Of a stretch of 64,000 bases of DNA, positions 20,090-27,898 are shown in pieces. The DNA is from Holophagaceae bacterium. Its GTDB lineage: Bacteria > Acidobacteriota > Holophagae > Holophagales > Holophagaceae. A program made the translations under genes and the position numbers. The DNA is taken from contig PLUC01000148.1 of the NCBI GenBank assembly GCA_003165415.1, positions 63-64,062 of the forward strand, read 5' to 3'. The stretch's first letter is position 1. Each line of letters begins with the position of its first letter. The notes under the pieces are model-generated. The model saw only the letters and a program-made list of their open reading frames with translations, was not told the DNA's origin and made no database searches.

Positions 20090-21547
20090 ATGAAACGCGT
20101 TTGGTGGAAGGTCGCCTGCCCCCTCCTGCTCTGGCTCGTGATCACGCTGATTCCGGTTCCCAGTGGCTTGACGGCCGCGGCTTGACACTATCTCGCCCTG
20201 TTCGTCGCCGTCATCCTGGCCAACGCCCTGGAGCCCATCCCGGTGGCGGCCATCGGTATGATCGGCATCACCATCGCGGGCGTGCTGCGCTATGTGGACC
20301 CGGACCCCTCCAAATCCATCTCGTGGGCCCTGGCGGGATTCTCCGATGGAACCGTGTGGCTGATCTTCGGCGCCTTCGTGTTCTCCATCGGCTACGCCAA
20401 GAGTGGCCTGGGCCGCCGGATCGCGCTCCAGTTGGTCCGGCTGCTGGGGCGCAGGACCCTTGGGCTGGGTTACGCCATCATGCTTTCCGATCTGGTGCTG
20501 GCCCCCGGCATGCCATCCATGACCGCCCGTAGCGGTGGCACGATCTTCCCGGTGATCCGGAACATCCCCGATCTCTATGGCTCCGAACCGGGCCCCACGG
20601 CTCGGAAGATCGGCTCGTACATCATGTGGGTGGCCTTCGCCGCCACCAGCATCACCAGCGCGATGTTCATCACATCCCTTGCCCCCAACATCGCGGCCGT
20701 GGCCATCGTCAAGCAGACCGTGAAGATGGATATCACATGGACGCAGTGGTTCATGGGATTCCTTCCGGTGGCCGTGCCATTGCTGATCCTGATGCCCCTT
20801 CTGGTCTACTGGATCTATCCCCCTGAGATCAAGGTCAGCCGGGAAGTCCCGGCCTGGGCCGCCCGGGAGCTCGAACAGATGGGCGCCATGAAGCCCAAGG
20901 AGATCATCATGGCCTGCCTGGTGATCCTGGCCGTGTTCTTCTGGATCGTCGGATCCAACAAGAGCATCCACCTTCCCTTCCTTGGCTCGAATTTCATCGA
21001 CGCCACCGGGGTCGTGCTGGTGGTCGTCGCCGGGCTGATCGTGACCGGGGTCGTGGAATGGGACGACATCCTGAACACCAAGGGGGCCTGGAACGTGCTG
21101 GTGTGGTTCGCCACCATGGTGACGCTGGCCGGCGGACTCAGCAGGGTGGGGTTCCTCACCTGGATGGCCAAGTTCGTCGCAGCGCACCTGGTGGGGATCA
21201 GCCCCATTCCCGTCATGGTGATCCTGGTAGCCTTCTTCTTCTTCCTCCACTATATGTTCGCCAGCCAAACGGCCCACACCATCGCGGTGCTGCCGGTCAT
21301 GCTGGCTTCAGGCATGGCCATCCCCGGCATGCCGGTCAAGACCTTCACGATGCTGCTCTGCTTCTCCATAGGCCTTTTCGGGGTCATCACCCCATACGCC
21401 TGCGGTCCCGCCCCGATATTCTACGCCAGCGGTTTCATCTCGCGCAGGGCCTTCTGGGGGCTCGGTCTGGTTTTCGGGGTCATTTTCATCACCGCCCTGC
21501 TGGTCATCGGTATCCCCTATCTGACCAGCATCAGACCGGTGCCATAG
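20090..21547 (+). pseudogene. DASS family anion permease with a premature TGA at codon 32
   Basis: ATG 20090 MKRVWWK...GLTAAA*HYLALFV: TGA at 20183-20185 where Trp of the AWHY motif is expected; downstream PSMTARSGG, TSAMFIT and FASQTAH motifs intact. Confidence 0.8.
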
Positions 21548-21567
21548 AGGCTTCCCACTGGTCCGGT

Positions 21568-21966
21568 TCAATGCTGGTGGCCCTGGCCCTGCTGGCTGCC
21601 CCCGCAGGTGAACTCCCGGGTGAAGCACTCGAGATCACCGTTGATCAGGGCCTTGACCGCCGCTTCCACGGTGAGGCTTTCGGCGCCGCGATAGACCTCG
21701 ATGGACGCCTGGTTGAAGCCCATCAAGGGACGCAGTCCCATGCCGCCGGCGATGAGCACGGTCACGCCGTTCGAGGCCAGGTGATTCACGGCCGCCAGGC
21801 ATCCGCCCTGCTCGTGCGGGATGCTGGGCAGGATGCTCACCTGGTCGATCAGACCTTCCTTCAGGTCCACGAGGGTGTACAGATCGCAGTGGCCGAAGTG
21901 GGCCCCGACTCCGGCCGCGAGGCCACCGGGAAGGGAGGATGGGATGGCGATGCGTGCCTCTTTCAT
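21568..21966 (-). CDS. NifB/NifX family (FeMo-cofactor-binding domain) protein
   Basis: IAIPS...HFGHC.LYTLV, HEQGGC, LIAGGMG.RP. Confidence 0.85.
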   Translation of the reverse strand: MKEARIAIPSSLPGGLAAGVGAHFGHCDLYTLVDLKEGLIDQVSILPSIPHEQGGCLAAVNHLASNGVTVLIAGGMGLRPLMGFNQASIEVYRGAESLTVEAAVKALINGDLECFTREFTCGGSQQGQGHQH

Positions 21967-22056
21967 GGCCTGTCTCCTTAGGTGATCGGTGTGACCCTGG
22001 CCGATGCGGGCTGTCTTCCATGCGGGCGGCGCGGTCAAGGGCGATATCGGAAATAA

Positions 22057-22098
22057 TTATGAGTATATGCTCAAAAATAGCCTGTGATTTCTGTCACG
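22057..22098. promoter_or_regulatory. near-palindrome plus CRP/FNR-family box in a divergent promoter
   Basis: TGAGTATATGCTCA (22060-22073); TGTGA-tttctg-TCACG (22083-22098), a 9/10 match to the CRP consensus. Confidence 0.5.
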
Positions 22099-22269
22099 CT
22101 TGTGAGCCGTCCCATCGACCCGCAGTACCACCCCGGACCGCGCCATGACTGGCATCCTTCCCGGCCGGTTCTCCTGGCAACCTTTTCCATAATCGAGTTT
22201 ATGATCAAAACCAGTTCGCCCGAACCCCTGCCCAGCCACCCCAACGGCTGGAATCCTGAAAGGCGCCCC

Positions 22270-23976
22270 ATGCCCAGTTCTCCCCGCATCCTGATTGTCG
22301 GCGGTGTCGCCGGAGGCGCCAGCGCGGCCGCCCGGGCGCGAAGGCTGGCTGAGGGGGCCAGCATCGTGCTGTTCGAGCGGGGGCCCTATGTCTCCTTCGC
22401 CAACTGCGGCCTGCCGTACCACATCGGCGGTGTCATCGAGGACCGGTCCAAGCTGCTGGTCCAGACCCCCGAAAGCCTTTACGCCCGCTTCGACATCGAC
22501 GTGCGGGTCAACACCGAGGTGGTGGCCATCGATCCCGGAGCGCAGACCGTGGTGGTCCGCAACCTGAAGACCGGCCGGGAGACCACGGAGCCCTACGACG
22601 CCCTGGTGCTCAGTCCCGGCGCCGAGGCCATCCGGCCTGGAATCCCCGGAGCGGACGGGGAGCGGATCTTCACGCTCCGGAACATGGGTGACATGGACGC
22701 CATCCTGGCCGCGGTGCCCAAGGACGGCACAGGGCGGGCCCTGGTGGTGGGGGCGGGTTTCATCGGGCTGGAACTGGCCGAACAATTCCGGCTGCGCGGG
22801 CTGCCGGTCACCCTGGTGGAGAAGTTGCCCCATGTGCTGGGCCCGGCGGACCCGGAAATGACCATTCCGCTTCAGGAAGAACTGGTCCGGCAAGGGGTGG
22901 ACCTGCGCCTGGGGCGCTCGGTCACTGCCTTTACGGAGGCCGGCGGCGTTCTGGAGGCCATGCTGGACGACGGCGGCCGGATCCCATGCGCCCTTGCCGT
23001 CCTGAGCGTGGGTGTGCGTCCCGATACGCGCCTGGCCAGGGCCGCGGGGCTAGCCATCGGAGTCACCGGGGGCATCCTGGTCGACGACCGGATGCGAACC
23101 AGCGCCCCCAATATCTTTGCCGTGGGCGACGCGGTGGAAGTCCGCGAGTTCGTGAGCGGCGAGCCCGCGCTCATCCCTCTGGCCGGCCCGGCCAACCGCC
23201 AGGGGCGCATCGCGGCCGAGGTGATCCTGGGCCGGGACAGCCGCTACAAGGCCAGCCAGGGCACCGCCATCTGCAAGGTGTTCGACCTGGCGTTCGCCAT
23301 GACCGGGCTGTCCGAAGCCATGCTGGAGCGCAAAGGCCTGGCCTACCGCCGCACCTACGTGCAGCCGGCGGACCATGCGACGTACTATCCTGGCGCGAGT
23401 CCGATCATGTTGAAGCTCCTGTTCGAGCCCGGGGAGGGGCGCATCCTGGGGGCCCAGGCGGTGGGCGCGGGGGGTGTGGACAAGCGCATCGACGTGATTG
23501 CCGTGGCCCAGCGGGCCGGGCTCACCGTCTTCGATCTGGAGGATCTGGAACTCTGCTACGCCCCGCCCTTCGGCAGCGCCAAGGACGCGGTCAATATGGC
23601 CGGGTTCGTGGCCGCCAACGTGGTGCGGGGGGATGTGGCGCTGTGGGAGCCGGAGGAACTGGCCTGCCTGACGGATGCCCAGATGCTGGTGGATGTGCGC
23701 ACCTTCCAGGAGAATGCCCTGGGCACGATCCCCGGCGCGGTCTGCGCCCCGGTGGATGAGTTGCGGGACCGGCTGGAGGATCTGCCCAGGGACAAGGAAC
23801 TGCTGGTCTTCTGCCAGGTGGGTCTGCGCGGCTACGTCGCCGCGCGCCTGCTGGCCCAGCACGGATTCAAGGTACGCAACCTTTCAGGGGGCTACCGCCG
23901 TTTTGGGCTGTGGAAGGGCACCCAGCCCGTGGCGCTGGCATGCGAACCTGCCATTGTACCTGAGGACGCCAAATAG
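22270..23976 (+). CDS. CoA-disulfide/persulfide reductase with C-terminal rhodanese domain (CoADR-RHD)
   Basis: GGVAGGASAAAR, SFANCGLPY redox Cys, GAGFIGLE, LCYAPPF, rhodanese DVRT...FCQVGLRGY. Confidence 0.92.
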   Translation: MPSSPRILIVGGVAGGASAAARARRLAEGASIVLFERGPYVSFANCGLPYHIGGVIEDRSKLLVQTPESLYARFDIDVRVNTEVVAIDPGAQTVVVRNLKTGRETTEPYDALVLSPGAEAIRPGIPGADGERIFTLRNMGDMDAILAAVPKDGTGRALVVGAGFIGLELAEQFRLRGLPVTLVEKLPHVLGPADPEMTIPLQEELVRQGVDLRLGRSVTAFTEAGGVLEAMLDDGGRIPCALAVLSVGVRPDTRLARAAGLAIGVTGGILVDDRMRTSAPNIFAVGDAVEVREFVSGEPALIPLAGPANRQGRIAAEVILGRDSRYKASQGTAICKVFDLAFAMTGLSEAMLERKGLAYRRTYVQPADHATYYPGASPIMLKLLFEPGEGRILGAQAVGAGGVDKRIDVIAVAQRAGLTVFDLEDLELCYAPPFGSAKDAVNMAGFVAANVVRGDVALWEPEELACLTDAQMLVDVRTFQENALGTIPGAVCAPVDELRDRLEDLPRDKELLVFCQVGLRGYVAARLLAQHGFKVRNLSGGYRRFGLWKGTQPVALACEPAIVPEDAK

Positions 23977-24003
23977 GGCCGGGCTTTCAAGGAGAGCGAT
24001 CGC

Positions 24004-25290
24004 ATGCGCATGACCGAATTTCTCGCCTCTGAATGGAAGCCTTCGCTGGGCTGCACCGAGCCTGCGGCCGTGGCCTGGGCTGCGGCACTGGCCGCTGAAC
24101 AAGGAGCCGGGCGGGTCCGGCAGGTCCGGCTGGTCTGCGACCCGCGCACCTACAAGAACTGCTACGCCGTGGGGTTGCCCAATTCGGGCCACGCCACGGG
24201 GATCCTGTGGGCCATGGCCCTTGGGTCGTATCTTCCTGATGGTTCCCTCGGATTGCGCAGTTTCGAGGGAACCAGTCCCGCTTCGATCGAATCGGCCAGG
24301 CTCCTTCTGGAACAGCACGCCGTCCATGTGGAGGTGGATGCTGAGCAGACTGGCCTGCTGGTGGATGTGACCGTGGTCCGGGAAGGGGGCGTCGGGCGTG
24401 CTGTGCTTGCCAAGGAACACACCCATCTCACCCGGCTTGAGAAAGATGGGCGCCTGGTGGGGGGTGCGGATTCCACCCAGCGTTCGCTCGAGGCCCCATC
24501 GATGCGCCAGGCGGCGGCCGCCTTGTCCATCCAGGAACTCATGGACCTGGCCCGCACTCTGGAACCAGAGGACCGGGCGCGGCTCCAGGAGGGAGTGGTC
24601 CTCAATCTGGCCATCGCCCGCCATGGACTTTCCCTGCTTCCAGCCGATTTTGTCGCGCCTGCGGGCATGGACTCCCAGACCCGGCTGTCCCGCCTGGTGA
24701 GCGCCGGTGTCTTCGCCCGCATGTCCGGCGAATCCCAGACGGTGATGACGCTGGCTGGCTCCGGCAACAAGGGCATCACCGTGGCTGTGCCGGTGAGCCT
24801 CTGGGGCCGGGAAACAGGGAATCCCGAGGGCCAGATCGAGGAGGCCCTGGCTTTCGCCTGCCTCATGACTTCAGCCACAACCTGGCATCTCGGGACCCTT
24901 TCGGCCATCTGCGGCGCGGCCAATGCTGCCGGAATAGGCATCGCCTCGGCCCTGGTGCTGCTGCAGGGCGGTGACGCCCGGCAGGTGGGCCTGGCGGTCT
25001 CGAACATGGTGGGCAATGTCGCCGGGATGATCTGCGACGGCGCGAAGATCGGATGCGCCATGAAGACCATGACCGGCGTCGATGCCGCCTTCCGCTCCGC
25101 CACCCTGGCCCTGGCCGGCATCGGCATCCCGGCCACGGACGGCATCGTGGGCAAGGATGGGGAAAGCTCCCTGGTCAACCTGGGACGTCTGGCCCAGCGC
25201 GGCATGGCGGGGGTGGACGCCGAGATCCTGCGGATCATGCAGGACAAGCTGCGACGCACCGCGCAGTCCCAGGGAGATGTTCAATCGTAG
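24004..25290 (+). CDS. L-cysteine desulfidase (CyuA/YhaM family, Fe-S serine dehydratase-like)
   Basis: LGCTEP, ARMSG, GSGNKG, LSAICG, GMICDGAK.GCAMK. Confidence 0.82.
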   Translation: MRMTEFLASEWKPSLGCTEPAAVAWAAALAAEQGAGRVRQVRLVCDPRTYKNCYAVGLPNSGHATGILWAMALGSYLPDGSLGLRSFEGTSPASIESARLLLEQHAVHVEVDAEQTGLLVDVTVVREGGVGRAVLAKEHTHLTRLEKDGRLVGGADSTQRSLEAPSMRQAAAALSIQELMDLARTLEPEDRARLQEGVVLNLAIARHGLSLLPADFVAPAGMDSQTRLSRLVSAGVFARMSGESQTVMTLAGSGNKGITVAVPVSLWGRETGNPEGQIEEALAFACLMTSATTWHLGTLSAICGAANAAGIGIASALVLLQGGDARQVGLAVSNMVGNVAGMICDGAKIGCAMKTMTGVDAAFRSATLALAGIGIPATDGIVGKDGESSLVNLGRLAQRGMAGVDAEILRIMQDKLRRTAQSQGDVQS

Positions 25291-25718
25291 GCGAGCCGGG
25301 TCGCCTCTTCCGTGAGCGTGTTCTCGATGTGCCGCTGCCACTTGCTTGACTGCCAGGTCTTCAGCTCCTGGTGGGTCAGGTAGTAGTTCTGGGGGATGGG
25401 GTGGGAGCCGACGGCGACCTCGATCCCATACTTCGCCGGGATGAACCGGGCGAACGTGTCGAGGTGCTCACAGGGCGGGTAGCCCACGAGCATGCATGTG
25501 GCCAGGTGGATCACGTCCACGCCGTTCTTCTTCATCTCGGCGGGCACGTATTCCACATTGCCGCCGGGGCATCCGCCGCAGGTGGTGTATCCCACCAGCT
25601 GCACTTCTTCGTCCCGGTAGCGGGCGAAAGCCCCCTCGCGCTTGTGGAAGGCGCGAAGGCACTTGCCTCCTGCGCAGGTGTGATAGCGGTTGCAGATGAT
25701 GATGCCGATCTTCTTCAT
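25281..25718 (-). CDS. CGGC domain-containing protein
   Basis: IGIIIC...CAGGKC, TTCGGCPG, IHLATC, GSH. Confidence 0.88.
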   Translation of the reverse strand: MKKIGIIICNRYHTCAGGKCLRAFHKREGAFARYRDEEVQLVGYTTCGGCPGGNVEYVPAEMKKNGVDVIHLATCMLVGYPPCEHLDTFARFIPAKYGIEVAVGSHPIPQNYYLTHQELKTWQSSKWQRHIENTLTEEATRLAYD

Positions 25719-25756
25719 GGAAAGCCTCCTGACTGGAATAGTAAATCACATGGTTT

Positions 25757-26158
25757 CTATGGCACATTATCCTCGAGGGATGCCTTCACCGGGCACTCGA
25801 GGCATGGGGAGGGCTGGCCTGCGACCAGGGCGGCCTTGGCAGAACAGCGTTCGCACCGTTCTCGCCCGATCAGGCGGAAGGATCCACCTTCGATGCGCAG
25901 GGCGCAGCCTTCCACCAGGGCCTTGGTCACCTTCCGATGGGCGGCATCCAGCACCCTGCCGAAGGTCGCCCGGGACACCGCCATGCGCTCGGCCGCATCT
26001 TGCTGGTAGAGCCCTTCCAGGTGGGCCAGTCGGAGGGCCTCCAGTTCCTCCACGGAAAGGGTGACCTCCTCCAGCACCGACAACGGAACGGCCCGGGGCT
26101 TGAAGTAGTTCACCCCGGGCATTTCCTCGACTCGTTTGCAGCAGGGGCGACGGGGCAA
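25757..26158 (-). CDS. DUF134 domain DNA-binding protein
   Basis: TTG start after GGAGG; PRRPCCKR...FKP...EELEALRL..LEGL.Q..AA.RM.VSR.TF.R.L; C-terminal CxxC..CxxC. Confidence 0.85.
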   Translation of the reverse strand: MPRRPCCKRVEEMPGVNYFKPRAVPLSVLEEVTLSVEELEALRLAHLEGLYQQDAAERMAVSRATFGRVLDAAHRKVTKALVEGCALRIEGGSFRLIGRERCERCSAKAALVAGQPSPCLECPVKASLEDNVP

Positions 26159-26502
26159 GGCATCCTCCAGGCACAGTCTCAAGGCAAGGGCACGACCTTG
26201 CAAGCTATTACGCGAGGAGGCCTGCCGGTCAGCGGAAAGCCTATTTTGATGATGTAGACCCGCTTCCGCGAAGGCGATCATGCAGCCCAAGATTCACGTC
26301 CGCCAGCATCGCCCATCCGAACCCTGTGCTGGCCAGTCGGCCACGACCGTCCCGCCAGCGGGAATTTCTACCACCCCGACAGGGAGTTTTTCCATTGGAG
26401 CCACCCGCAGCGCCCGGCCGGAAACGCCAACCCCTGGTTTCCCGCCCCTGGCCAATGTCGACCAATGTTGTCTGGAATTGGCAACATTCATGCATACCCA
26501 TG

Positions 26503-26532
26503 GGTGCCATCCGGTGCCATCCGGTGCCATAC
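26503..26532. repeat. 10-bp tandem repeat GGTGCCATCC x3
   Basis: GGTGCCATCC GGTGCCATCC GGTGCCATAC; preceded by the inverted repeat AATGTTG-N11-CAACATT (26464-26488). Confidence 0.7.
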
Positions 26533-26555
26533 CAGGTGGCCCATGGAGGTCGAAC

Positions 26556-26768
26556 ATGAACAAAATGGCTGCTCTGCTGGTGGCGTGCGCCCTTTTCAAC
26601 CCAATCTTCGCCGGGGAAGCCAAGGTTCCGGTGAAGAAGGCGGAAATCAGGAATATCCACAACCGGAGACCCTTGGCTAAACGACAGACGGAGACAACGA
26701 AGCCGTTTCTCCAGTCCTCGGCACTCATCCTGCGGAACCCAGATTTCCCATGGCAGACCCCGACCTAG
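26556..26768 (+). CDS. small hypothetical secreted protein, possibly a fragment
   Basis: GGAGG RBS; signal-like MNKMAALLVACALFNPIFA. Confidence 0.35.
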   Translation: MNKMAALLVACALFNPIFAGEAKVPVKKAEIRNIHNRRPLAKRQTETTKPFLQSSALILRNPDFPWQTPT

Positions 26769-26851
26769 TGTAGAGGGGAGGCTTCGATCTCGGGAAGCAC
26801 CGACACGAAAACCCAGCGCCCTTCTTTTGAATGGTATGGCAAAGTACCGGC

Positions 26852-27790
26852 ATGTCCCGCCAGCCTCCATTGACCTCCGTCCAGCGGTTGGTCCTAGAAC
26901 ACCTCATTGGCTGTGAGTTGCAGGGGGTTTGTCCAACCTACCGTGAACTGGCGGGTCATTTCGGCTGGAAAGCCGTGGGGACCGCAAGAGATCATCTCCG
27001 GGCTCTTTCCAACAAAGGTTTTGTCGTCCTTTCTGGAGGGCGGTCCCGGAGTCTGCGCGTCACCCCTGAGGGGAGGGCGATTTTCCAGGCCGAGGCCGGC
27101 GCTGGCCCCACGCGAGGGCCGGGAGCCAACCCGGTCGACGGGCTTGCGAAAGATCTGCTGGGCCTGCTGGGACCCTATTTGACCAGGAAGCGTTACAAGG
27201 CCGGGACATGCCTATGGCATGAGGGCGATCCGGCGCAGCGTTGCATCGTCATCGACCAGGGCCGGATCATGGCATTCCGGCAGCTTCCCTCGGGGCACAC
27301 GGTTCCGACCTGCCTTCGAGGCCCCGAATAGATCGTGGGGTTTCCGCCGCTGTTCGACGCAGCGGGTTATCCCACCACGGTGCAGGTGCTGGAGGACCTG
27401 GAGGCCAGGGTCCTGGAACGCACGGATCTCCTGCAAGCCGTCCAGGATGGACCGACGGCCCTGTTCATGTTCAAGCTGTTCGCCAACCGGCTGAGGGAAG
27501 TGTTCAAGGTGGTCGACCAGGTCAGCCACCGCAGCGCCGTTCCCCGGGTGGCCTCGGCCCTGCTATCGCTGGTCGGAGAAAAGCCAGCCAAGAACAGCCT
27601 CACCCTGGTGAACCTGCCGGTGGCATCAGGCACCCTGGCCACTGCGCTGGGATTGGCGCCTGAGACCTTTTCACGAGCCATCACCCAGATGATCGCCGAA
27701 GGGATCCTGCACCGCCTCAGCCTGCGGCGCTACCAGGTTTTGGATCCAGCCCGCCTCCGGGCACAGGCCGAGGCCTCGGACTGGGCATGA
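26852..27790 (+). pseudogene. LexA-type DNA-binding domain fused to a Crp/Fnr regulator, interrupted by an in-frame TAG
   Basis: LT..Q..VL...PTYRELA.HFG.....ARDHL.AL..KGFV....GRSRSL (LexA N-domain); cNMP domain (LWHEGDPA...GPE*IVGFPPLF); Crp HTH LA..LGLAPETFSR; TAG at 27329-27331 and the downstream ORF is in the same frame. Confidence 0.75.
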
Positions 27791-27803
27791 AAACAGCCCA
27801 GGA

Positions 27804-27817
27804 TTGATCCGGGTCAA
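27804..27817. promoter_or_regulatory. FNR-like box upstream of the chrA-like gene
   Basis: TTGAT-ccgg-GTCAA, one mismatch to TTGAT-N4-ATCAA. Confidence 0.45.
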
Positions 27818-27898
27818 AGACATGGAAGGGATCTCGCGCCAACCTGGACCGGTTCCTGATGGTTCGTAACCCAGGCCCCATGCCAAGGAGGTTGACCC

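Noticed and set aside
21568-21966. Nitrogen fixation gene
   Set aside because: A stand-alone NifB/NifX-like domain is widespread in non-diazotrophs; no nifHDK present
26503-26532. Possible CRISPR or iteron array
   Set aside because: Contiguous 10-bp units without spacers; no rep or cas gene nearby
26852-27100. SOS repressor lexA
   Set aside because: No Ala-Gly cleavage region or Ser-Lys peptidase domain; only the DNA-binding domain is present
20183-27331. Selenocysteine or pyrrolysine recoding of the internal TGA/TAG codons
   Set aside because: The TGA aligns with Trp rather than Cys; no sel or pyl genes or obvious SECIS in the window
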